Below the pieces are notes generated by a model. It was not told where the DNA came from. It made no database searches and saw only the letters and a list, made by a program, of their open reading frames with translations. Made by a program: the position numbers and the translations under genes. Shown in pieces: positions 50,718 to 61,249 of a stretch of 64,000 nucleotides of DNA. The stretch comes from Octopus vulgaris (Eukaryota): assembly GCA_951406725.2 (NCBI GenBank), contig OX597815.1, positions 175,274,001 through 175,338,000 of the forward strand, written 5' to 3'. Within the stretch, counting starts at the first letter, position 1; the number at the start of each line of letters is the position of its first letter.

Positions 50718-51150
50718 ATGTATATATATATATATAGATTTGCCATTTATCAGCTGTTGTTTGTTGGCTACCTATATTATTGTTATTATTATTCATTTTA
50801 TTAATGATAATAATAAATATCTATATAAATATTTTCAAATATTTATTCTTTAGTATACATATGTATGTGTGTGTGTGTCTGTATGCGCGTGCGTGCATAC
50901 ATTTGTGTGTGTGTGTGTACTCTTTTATTTGTTTCAGTCATTTGACTGCAGTCATGCTGGAGCACATCCTTTAGTCGAACAAATCGACTCCAGAACTTAT
51001 TCTTTGTAAGCCTAGTATTTATTGTATCGGTCTTCTTTGCCGAACTGCTAGGTTACAGTGATGTAAACACACCAACATTGGTTATTGGTTTTCAAGCAAT
51101 GGTGGGGTGACAAACACCAATGCACAACACACATATATATATATATATAT

Positions 51151-51560
51151 AGTTCAGTAAAAATTTAGATTCAGTTGAATATGGTACTTAAGTTAAAGGC
51201 ACCAGGATTTAGTATGGTATTATCCATATAATGCAAAATGGGATTATAATCAAAATAAGCAACAAGGATATCCAGAGGTAATGCAGTACGATCGTTTCAT
51301 GCAACTCTATTTAATTAAACAATGCAAGTTGATGAAACTTGTTTCTCTGTCTACCTACTTACCTTCTTTGTGATGTTGGTTAATGGAATAACTATAAAAT
51401 TGGATCTTTTAAATTTAACTAAATTCTATATTTTTATGCAGCTGAAGATTGCTCTACACTTTAAAACAGAGGTAATACTTGCATTGTTTAATTAAATGGA
51501 GTTGCATGAAACGATCGTACTGCATTACCTCTGGATATCCTTGTTGCTTATTTTGATTAT
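51151..51560. mobile_element. Short inverted-repeat element in (TA)n carrying a hammerhead-like motif (family A)
   Basis: 51246-51329 is the reverse complement of about 51477-51560. Same sequence as the termini of 54672-58258. Confidence 0.8.
51436..51525 (+). ncRNA. Candidate type I hammerhead ribozyme (family A)
   Basis: ATGCAG-CTGAAGA-[long stem/loop II]-GAAA-CGATCG-TA-CTGCAT: 6-bp stem I, intact core, palindromic stem III, GUA site. The first pair of stem II is non-canonical. Confidence 0.65.
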
Positions 51561-51778
51561 ATATATATATATATATATATACGATGGGATTCTTTCAGTT
51601 TCCGTCTACCAAATCCACTCACAAGACTTTGGTCAGCCCAAGGCTATAGTAGAAGACACTTGGCCATGCAATGGCACTGAACCCGGAGCCATGTTGTTGG
51701 GAAGCAAGCTTCTTACCACACAGCCATGCCTGTGTCTATATATATATACGTGTGTGTGTGTATGTACATATATATAGT

Positions 51779-52050
51779 GAAGGTGCATCGCTTAGTGGTT
51801 AGGGTGCTCCACTCACGATTGTGAGATTGTGGGTTCGATTCCCAGACTGGGTGGTGTATTGTGTTCTTGACCAAAGCATTTCATTTCACGTTGCTCTGCG
51901 ATCATTCCAACATCTGACATGTGGCACCCGTTGCACCTGTACAGGTAATGTCGATCTGATGGAGGGAGTGAGCCTATGTCTACACAAACATTTGATTACT
52001 GTAAACAAATCCATCTGTGTTGCTGTTTGGCAAAGCTGTAACTTTTGGAT
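51779..52050 (+). mobile_element. tRNA-derived SINE
   Basis: CGCTTAGTGGTTAG head and GGTTCGATTCCC B box followed by a non-tRNA body. Confidence 0.7.
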
Positions 52051-52389
52051 TACAATCCACATGCCCAGCTTCCATACAGTTTCCGTCAACCCAATTTCAC
52101 TGACAAGTATGGTTTGCTATCATATGGCTCTAGGAAATGACATTGGCCCATGACACTGCATTGTGGGATTGAATTCGAGACCTTTATAACAATTATATTA
52201 AGAAGATACGTGTCTGTGGAATACTCAGCCACTTATGTGTAAATTGAAATGCAGGTTATTCAGTTGATTAAACAACTGAATCCTATTCATCGAGTGATGG
52301 CGATCCCCCTCTCACACACACATGTACATACATACCTATGTATGTATGTATGTGTGTGTGTGTGTGTGTGTGTGTTCTCTTCTGTTTTT

Positions 52390-52695
52390 AATTATTCAAA
52401 TTCTTCCTCTGAAAAAGCAGTTGGATTCTAACAAAGATACAAAGCTCCATTGTTGGAATGTAGGATGACGAAAAGGGGTCACATTTTACACCTGAGAAAA
52501 GTCTTGCATATTGTTGTATCTGTTCCAATTACGGATTGTATTTGTAATGTAGGAGTCAGTCGGTTGATTTCTTTTTCTGAAATCCCTCGCTTATTCAGAT
52601 CGTCACTGAGGTATTTGCTCACCTAACCAAGTGCACCGATTATTATTGAATATATAAATATGAGCTTGTAATCTGGATATAGAAGCTGGAGATTA
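52390..52695 (-). mobile_element. 3' end of an RLE-type (R4/Dong-like) non-LTR retrotransposon
   Basis: Translates NLQLLYPDYKLIFIYSIIIGALG*VSKYL...LQIQSVIGTDTTICKTFL, typical of the C-terminus after the restriction-like endonuclease. Confidence 0.65.
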
Positions 52696-52933
52696 TGTGA
52701 TTATATATGTAAGTTTTGAAATTAAACCTATGAAGAGAATAACTCTTACTTGACGAATCACTCAAATTTTGGTAAATATTGTTCTCTTTCGAGTGGAAGA
52801 TGGAATATTTTGACATTACAAAGTATTAGTGGCACAAGTTGATTAAAATAGCGTTGACCAGGAACCAAAACCAATTCGTGAAGTCAGTTTCCTGTATATT
52901 TGTCATTTAACTAACTGTATTTACCGAAATATA

Positions 52934-54186
52934 ACAGATTGAGCAAAAAGTAAGCAACGTTTTGAACCATGAAGAATTTGTAACGGATTTTTGCAGAGTT
53001 TTGAATATTTTTAAACATTTTTTTGCAATTGTCTGATGATACAGACATAGTCTTGCTCAAATGCATCAATAAATTAACATTGATATTTTTTGTTGTTACG
53101 ATCATCAGAAATGAAACTGTCAAAGCGTGATATTCAAGCAATTTTGTTATTCAACTTCAAAAAGGGATGTAAAGCAGCTGAAACTGCTCGCGATATCAAC
53201 AGAATGTTTGGTGAGGAAATGACCAGTAAGTGGTCAGCTCAAAAATGGTTTAAATGATTTTGCCATGGAGACCTGAGCCTTGGAGATTGGGAGCATAGTG
53301 GATGGCCATTTGTCATCGATGAGATTGAGAAAGATCTGTGAAAAAACCACTCAAGAACTGGCAAAAGAACTTCAAGTTAGCCTGGAAACTGCCTGCAACA
53401 ATTTGCATGTGATCGGAAAATTAGAAAAGCTCGACAAATGGCTATCACACAATCTGAATGAAAATCAGAAAATGCGCAGATATGAAGTTTGCTTGTTGCT
53501 TCTTCTCCGTGACCAGACCAATCCATTTCTGGTCCATATTGTAACTTGCGATGAAAAGTGGATTCTGTACAATCATAAAAAACGTTCTTCACAGTGGTTG
53601 GACTAAAATGAAGCATCGAAAAACCTTCCCTAAACCCAAGCTCTTCAAAAAGGTTATGGTAACTGTTTGGTGGTGTACTGCGGGCTCACCCACTACAACT
53701 TCTTAAAACTCAGAAAAACGATTACTGCAGAAATATATTGTCATGAAATTGCCAAAATGAATGACAAATTGCTATTCCTCCATCCCAGACTGGTCAACAG
53801 AAGAGGGCCAATCATTTTTCATAACAATGCTCGACCACATGTTTCACTAATGACGCTTTAGAAGTTGAAGGGACTTGGCTACGGAGTTCTTCCCCACCCA
53901 GCTTATTCCCCAGACCTTTCTCCTACTGACTACCACTTTTTCCAGCACCTCGATGGTTTCCTACGAGAGAAGGAGTTCAAAAATCAAACCGATGCTGAAA
54001 GTGCATTCAAAGAGTTCATCAACTCCAGAACTCCAGATTTTTATGTTACCAGAATAAACAAACTTGTTGGCAAAAATGTGTCGATTGTAATGGTGCTTAC
54101 TTTGATGAATAAAATTTCCGCATTGTTGAAATATATTGTGATGAATTTCATGTTTCAAAACGTTGCTTACTTTTTACTCAGCTGGA
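52934..54186 (+). mobile_element. Full-length decayed mariner (DD34D) transposon
   Basis: TIRs of about 40 bp (..GAGCAAAAAGTAAGCAACGTTTTGAACCATGAA / TTCATGTTTCAAAACGTTGCTTACTTTTTACTC..) with TA flanks. Transposase from ATG 53111 has IVTCDEKWILY, HNNARPH and YSPDLSPTDYHFF, with stops and frameshifts. Confidence 0.95.
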
Positions 54187-54207
54187 TACAAATCAAACAG
54201 AACATAC

Positions 54208-54393
54208 TTCCTGATAAGACATAACGCCAGATGAATGTATTATGGATCCCGGATTTCCTGCTCTTGCTGCTGGTGCCATCATACCATTAAGCTGGCCATC
54301 GACTAATGTAAATGATCGTCCGTAGAATGGTATTCCCATAATAAGTTTGTTTGCAGGAGCACCCTTTGACTTCCAATAAGTAACAGCATAATC
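54208..54393 (-). CDS. GH18 chitinase exon
   Basis: TTTAG|...|GTATGT, 186 nt. Translates DYAVTYWKSKGAPANKLIMGIPFYGRSFTL...GVMSYQE. Confidence 0.95.
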
Positions 54394-54705
54394 CTAAATT
54401 AAGAAGGAATATATGAAAAAAGCTGTTGAAGAAAAGGCAAAAATAAAGGAGCTCTTACCTCAAGAAGAAATCAAAACACAGAATCTAGCTTCATTTGAAA
54501 AGGATCAACAAAACTCGTTAGTCGTACCTACATGGGAACAGTGCCTCAATCTCTGGCTAAAAAAACTATTCCCTCTCGGAGATCATTTCCACACGTCTGT
54601 TCTCCATGACATCTGACATCCACTAGATCTCTCTGTTTTCTAACTCAATAATATATATACATATATATATATAATCAAAATAAGCAACAAGGATATCCAG
54701 AGGTA

Positions 54706-54795
54706 ATGCAGTACGATCGTTTCATGCGACTTCACTTAATTAAACAATGCAAGTATTACATCAGTTTTAAAATGTAGAGCAATCTTCAGCTGCAT
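54706..54795 (-). ncRNA. Candidate type I hammerhead ribozyme (family A, second copy)
   Basis: Minus strand reads ATGCAG-CTGAAGA...GAAA-CGATCG-TA-CTGCAT. Confidence 0.65.
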
Positions 54796-55710
54796 ATGGA
54801 ATTTTTAGTTAAATTGAAGGAGAATAAAATCTTTTAAAATTTCTATAACTATTACATAAATTCCATATATCTAATAAAGTTATTAAGTTGTATACTTAAT
54901 CTACAATAAGTTTTAAGGAATTGGTAATTTCCATATCTATTTCTGCAAGAATTCTACTACACTGAATTCCCCCCCTCTCCCTTCTTTTTTTTAACTATTA
55001 CCCCTAACTGGCCTAAATTATTATGCCCCATATAAACCATACTTCATTCTTGAATACTAAATTTAAATATTCCTAATTCTAAGAACTTTCATCTTGGTTA
55101 CCTCCCTTCCATTATATTTTAAAATATTTTAAAGGTTTTTTTTTTTGATATGTGTGCTAATTAATACCTTATTTGCTAGTAATATTCTCATAAAAAGTTC
55201 TTCTAAATCCGCTTAATTAATATTCAAAACCTGATAATGAATAGATAATAATATTTTTATAATGGTCTTATTAGTAATAAAATTTTTAACCAATAGTTTG
55301 ATAATTTCTTCACCCGATATTAAACACTAATCTTACACGACAACTCCCATGATAAATGAATATTAAATTTAGTCTAGTAATTATAAAATTATAATGCAAT
55401 TATTAAGTATTTTCTTATAGCAGCTTACCTAGCCTATTATAAAATAAGCTAGGTACATCCTATAATAAGTTTTTAGAATGCAAATCTAGTCTACCCCTTA
55501 TCTACTATATTCTAAAATAATTTTATTTTACAATTTGCTGATTTAAATTTCCTTCACTAAAATTTTAAACCATTTTTTCTTACTCATTTACCCACTATAT
55601 CATCTTGCTCATAATACATTTCTATTAGATTCACACTTAACCTATACAGAACCATACTGCTATAATTCACTCTCTATTTTATAGCACAAGTAAATACATT
55701 CTAAAGTCAT

Positions 55711-57154
55711 TATTTTATTTATTTATTTTATCTAGTTTCAGCTCATGAGCTGTGGCCATGCTGGGGCACCGCCATTTGGTGTTGCTACATGATTTTACTT
55801 CACGAATGCTTTTTAGCAACTGCCATTTAGTGCATGAGAGAGTTCGATGCAGCTGCCCTCATCTGCACCTCCTGCCATGAAGTTGGTTCATCTGGGACAC
55901 CTGACAGGAAGAGATCCAGTCCTATTTTAAAGACATCTGCATCCACCCCATGCAGGTCCCTCAGGTTCTTCGGGAGGATATTGAAGAACTGTGGGACTCT
56001 GAAGCCCAGGCTATCACAGTATCTTGTCCTACATCTTGATGGCAAATTTGGAGTCCTTGGCACCACGCAGTGGCGCCCAGTTCTGGCATTTGCGTAACTC
56101 TCAATGCCAAAGTTTGGGACAAGTCCTTCTAGGATCTTCCAGATGTATATTATGGCATATCTTTCTCACCTACGCTCTAAGGAATAGAGTCTTAATCTCT
56201 TGAGTCTTTCCCAGTAGCTTATATGCTGCACAGAGGCTATCTTCTTCGTGTAGCTTCGTTGGATCGCCTCAAGTTCTGTGATCAACTTGACATTGGATGG
56301 TGACCATAGCTGAGAGCAATAGTCAAAGTGGCTTAGGACAAGTGTCCTCCAGAGGACCATCATGGTTTCCTGGTCTCTTGTTCTAAAGGTTCTAAGAATC
56401 CAACCGGCCAGCTGCCTACATTTCATTGCCAATTTAGCAACATGTACATGAAAGGTTGCGTCATCACTCATGTAAATACCCAGGTCACACACTGATTGTG
56501 CCTCTGGGATTGCAATCCCTCCAGGTCCAGTGTATTCATTGGGTATTGCATTTAGTTTTGCATGCTGATAGCATAAAGCTTGAAACTTTTCAGCATTGAA
56601 CTGCATGCTATTCTTTTCAGCCCACTTGTATATTTTGTCCAGCTCACATTGCAGGTGCTTAATGTCTTCAGGGTTCTGTATTACCTGTGAAACTTTTGTA
56701 TCATCTGCATAACTTGTGATCGTGGCTCTCTGCATGGCTGAGGGCATGTCTGAGAGGGCCATTATGAAAAGTAGTGGTCCCAAAACAGTGCCCTGTGGAA
56801 CACCGCTCACTATATGCGTGTTAATGGAAGTGGCCCCATTGGCTACTACCACCTGACTTCTATCCTTCAGAAGTCATGAAGCCATTCTCCCAATTTTCCA
56901 ACTATGCCAAGATCACGCAGTTTGTGACATATCATCCATGATCGACTTTATCAAAAGCCTTTGCAAAGTCGAGATATATCACTTCCACATTTGAGTGGTT
57001 GAGCAGTCGTTTCAGCACCCAGTCATAGTGTTGTAGGAGCTGAGTTAAGCAGCTTCTTCCTGGACGGAAACCATGTTGCGTGTCAGGCAGCATGTCATTT
57101 TCTTCAAGGAAGGTGATTAGTTTCCTTCTGACTATTCGTTCCATGACCTTGCTG
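55711..57154 (-). mobile_element. Second CR1-clade LINE family, 5'-truncated
   Basis: QHGFRPGRSCLTQL, YLDFAKAFDKV, SGVPQGTVLGPLLF, YADD. (TAAAA)n-like tail. Candidate TSD AAGTCAT at 55704-55710 and 57155-57161. Confidence 0.92.
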
Positions 57155-57525
57155 AAGTCATGACCTTGCTGCATTAACATGCCGAAAATAAATGAAATGT
57201 CTAGCATATTCCTTTAATTTAACTCATTAATACCAATAAATTACTATTTACTAATTAACTATAAATTTATATTAATTTGATTTATATTTATATAAATATG
57301 AAATTATTTCTATATTCTCCATCCCTATATTGTATAAGGCACTAAAATTATTAGAATCCTTTGGGAAAAACTATCTAAAAGATACCTATTTATTTCAAAT
57401 CACAAGTAGGATTATGGATGTTAAATAGTTAAGTATTGGAAGTTTTCTATTCTCCCTACCCCATCAGCTTTGGCCTACTAATTTTACCTGAAATACATTC
57501 AACTGTACCAGAAGAAATTCTTTAA

Positions 57526-57730
57526 CCCTTTCGTTACTAACCTGGCTCTGGCTCTGTAATATAAGTTTTCATAAGTTTTGAATTAAAATCTTCCACCAAA
57601 CCTTATTCACAATTACTGTTCCTATCACTAGCTTAATGATAACTAAGTTATTTTACAAAATTCTTTGTTATATTTAAAATTAATTGAAAGAAACACAGAA
57701 CATCTCAAAATAAATACAGTAATGAAAGGG
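57526..57730. mobile_element. piggyBac-type MITE
   Basis: TTAA|CCCTTTCGTTACT ... AGTAATGAAAGGG|TTAA. Confidence 0.85.
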
Positions 57731-58035
57731 TTAAAGAGAGTTTGATTTATGGCTCTGCTACCTAAACTGTCTCTTCCTCTATCTATAATAGATAGATTCT
57801 TGGTGTTGTCTCCACTAGACCTGATATACTAGTCCTAAACCCCCTCCCCCAATAGTAAATCTAAATAACAAATGTAAATTCAGTGATAAGTAGTGTATCC
57901 GTGAATAAATATCATTTACTACCATGTTTCTGTTGATGAGACTGGTCTCTCTGTCTATCTACTTACTCTCTTTGTGATGTTGGTAAATGGAATAAGTATA
58001 AAAATGAATCTTTTCAATTTAACTAAAAATTCCAT

Positions 58036-58125
58036 ATGCAGCTGAAGATTGCTCTACATTTTAAAACTGATGTAATACTTGCATTGTTTAATTAAATGAA
58101 GTCGCATGAAATGATCATACTGTAT
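58036..58125 (+). ncRNA. Candidate hammerhead ribozyme (family A, third copy)
   Basis: ATGCAG-CTGAAGA...GAAA-TGATCA-TA-CTGTAT; stem III is changed but still palindromic. Confidence 0.55.
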
Positions 58126-58359
58126 TACCTTTGGATATCCTTGTTGCTTATTTTGATTATAATCACCCCATTTTGAATTATATGGATAATACCATACCAA
58201 ATTCTGGTACCTTTAACTTAAGTACCATATTCAACTGAATCTAAATTTTTACAGAACTTATATATCATATATATATATTGATAGAAATGGTAAGACAACA
58301 AAAGAATGAAAGAGACCTCGATATTATGTAAATAGCGGAATTTATCTGTAAATGTAATA

Positions 58360-58537
58360 TGTGACAATTATTCGGTAGCCATGATAAAACTCCGAGTTTC
58401 GGATGTCGGGATGGAAGTCCATGCCGCCATCTCTTCAGTTATCCAGCCATCGGAAAAAATGCAGAGATGGTGGCATGGATTTCCACCCTGACATCCGAAA
58501 CTCGGAGTTTTATCATGGCTACCAAATAATTGTCACA
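58360..58537. repeat. Inverted repeat, ~74-bp arms (family B element)
   Basis: TGTGACAATTATTCGGTAGCCATGATAAAACTCCGAGTTTCGGATGTC... versus ...GACATCCGAAACTCGGAGTTTTATCATGGCTACCAAATAATTGTCACA. Confidence 0.9.
58383..58443 (-). ncRNA. Candidate type I hammerhead ribozyme (family B)
   Basis: GATAA-CTGAAGA-GATG.CGG.ATGGA(CT)TCCAT.CCG.CATC-C-GAAA-CTCGGAG-TT-TTATC. Confidence 0.6.
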
Positions 58538-58543
58538 CACAGC

Positions 58544-58564
<21 letters not shown>

Positions 58565-58575
<11 letters not shown>

Positions 58576-58889
58576 TTGGGGAAGGCCAGTTCATGGGATT
58601 ACCTTAAGTTTCTCGTCCATAAAGGGCTTAGCTTTATGGTGCATCATCATTCCCCAAAAAACCTGTTGGCACATGGCCTCTTAAAAATATGGCCGCATTT
58701 GTACATATTTACAGAAACCAGTGGTCTGTCATAAATATAGAATGATTTGACTTTGGCTACTCCACTAAAAAGAGATATTTTTAAGAGGTCATGGGCCAAG
58801 AGGTTTTTGGGATCTGGCGATACGCCATAAAGGTAGACAGGAAACATAAGGTAATCCCATAAACCGTCCTTCCCCAATTTTAATATATA
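58565..58889. repeat. Inverted repeat, ~120-bp diverged arms with degenerate hammerhead-like cores (family C element)
   Basis: 58565-58690 versus 58775-58889. Cores are ATGATGA...GAAA (-) and CTGGCGA...GAAA (+). Confidence 0.8.
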
Positions 58890-59403
58890 CTGCTTTACAT
58901 CTTAGAGTGTGCTTCTTTCGGATTTATGTTTTTTTACAAACAATATATATATAGAAGACACACACACACATGCATGCGCACACATACATGCACACACATA
59001 TACATGCAGACACACACACACACACAAGTATGAGTGTGGGTATCTTTCATCGACATGTATTACTGTTTATCGGGAAAACTGCTGCTCTTCAAATGAAATT
59101 CTTTTCTAAGTTACAAATGTTTCTTTGTCACCTCATGATCAGAAATGAAGTGAACCAGCAATCGGTCAATTAGAAGTTTCGAAACAACTACATTATTGTT
59201 CACAAACTGCAATATAAAATACACAAATATATGAATGGAACAAATGTTTTAATCAGAGAACTGTTTCGCACTGGTGAAGAGATGTGGACATCGAGTTTAT
59301 AGCATTACCTTAATCCAGAGAAAGTTAAAATAAAGCATTTTTCAAAATAAACTGCTTCCATTAATTGAATAAGAACTTGAAAAGTTTTCTGCTTATAACT
59401 CAC

Positions 59404-59527
59404 CACATTGAGATATTGTCTTCCATTGGCCTCTCCTTTCTTTGAATACAATGGGGAGAGGTGTCCTGTCAGTTTCTCCCATGAACCATGGAAATCGTAT
59501 GTCATCAATAGTATGTAATCTACAGTC
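59404..59527 (-). CDS. GH18 chitinase exon (MTYD motif); upstream catalytic exons not found in the window
   Basis: AAG|...|GTGAGT, 124 nt. Translates TVDYILLMTYDFHGSWEKLTGHLSPLYSKKGEANGRQYLNV. Confidence 0.95.
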
Positions 59528-61249
59528 CTTTAAGAAAAAATAATTTTAAAATCTGTATATATAATTTTACTTACAGAATACACACACACGCACACACGCG
59601 CATGCTCACACACACACACATGCATACACACACAGACACACACACATACATAATTGATAGAAAATGGAATGAACAACATTCTTCATTTAAAAACACTACA
59701 ATTGTTTCGACATATTTTTGCACCCATAGCACATTGGTGAGACGGTTCAAATCCAGTCTCTTGCTATCAGCGATTACACGATAGACAAAGTGGTGTATTA
59801 CCATTCCGGTATAGAAGAGGTACACTGTACCAAAACCGTTACAGATAGTTAAACCCATACGTACAATGGAAGAAAAAGGAAGAACACAGAGTTCCTAAAA
59901 ATAAACGCCAAAAAGGAAAAAATATTAAGTTGTACAAATGAAAAAAAAAAGAAAAAGCTAAAAGAAGGGAGGTAGGGGTGAATAAGGTAAAATAAAATTA
60001 CTTACTCCCAAAAATGAAAAAAATTAAAGGGGGAGATGTCGTAGTGGAAATGGTACACCCATCCCATGGAACAAGTGCATCTATTCACATACACACACAT
60101 CCGAGTGATGGAGTAGTCACTGCAGATATATATATATATATATATTGTGCGTTTCATACAGCATTAAGGGTTTTAACTCTTATTTTTTGCAATATAGGTA
60201 CTATTTAGCACCTGTAGTCACAATTAATCACGATTATATATATATATATATTGTCAATTCAAATAAATGAACAATAAAATTAACAATAAGAAACGGCAAG
60301 ATAATGTGCACAAGGAATGTAGTAGTTTGACACTCAACAAAAAGAGAGTTTTTCACACTTCGAGCGTAGCTATTTCTCGGAAAGGAAAAAGGGAAAAGTC
60401 CAAAGAAGGAAAAGAAATCGCCAACAGCACATGTGTGTGTATATCTATATGAATGAGTGGAAAAATACAAAAGAAAAAGGCACTCAACACATTTAGTAGG
60501 AGTCACATGTATTATTGCTTAAAACGGTTTGATTTAGTTTCATGCGACTTCGTAGGCTTTCTTTGGTGCACGTGCATATATGGATGAGCATACATGGGTG
60601 AGTGTGTGCGTGTACATGTGTGTATGAGCCTATCTGCATGTGGGTGTAGGTGTGTACTCTGTTGCATTTGTGTATAAACTATGATGGGTGTATGCGTGCT
60701 TGCATGCCTGCACCCAGTGCTCACAATTGCCAACTCTGCCACCGTGAAAGACTGATCATCCTCCATCAACAGGAAATATGAACCATCCTATTGCTGGCAA
60801 CAGAGGTACGCCCTCCTCGTGAACTACTGGCTGTCGACGACCCAGATATACCACCTTAACTTTGGCCGCTCCCCAACTCTAACTGCTCCATAGCCAAGGA
60901 CTGGGTACCCAACCACCAATGCCTATGCAGACCACAGACTGACTCCACAACCTTATACCTCCCCTACAACACCTACTTTTGCCTCCAAAAACGTGGTGTG
61001 CGCATATGAACACTCATGCAAACTTCTGTGTATCCACGCCCACATACATACACACACACATGCATACCACTAGTAACACACCCACGTCCACGTATTCATG
61101 CATTTCATACACACACACACAATCACCGGCCTTGCTTCTGCTGCCCCCCACCTCTGCAGACACTTGGTCCCCATCGGTTTCCTGCCAGCCACGCGGTCCA
61201 AGAAATTCTTTTATCTAGTGGAACTGTTATTGTTGAATCGTTGATTTTA

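Larger units (their letters stand above)
54672..58258. mobile_element. AT-rich ~3.6-kb element with ~147-bp inverted terminal repeats (family A), containing nested insertions
   Basis: 54672-54818 is the reverse complement of 58014-58160. Flanked by (TA)n. A CR1 LINE and a MITE lie inside. Confidence 0.8.
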
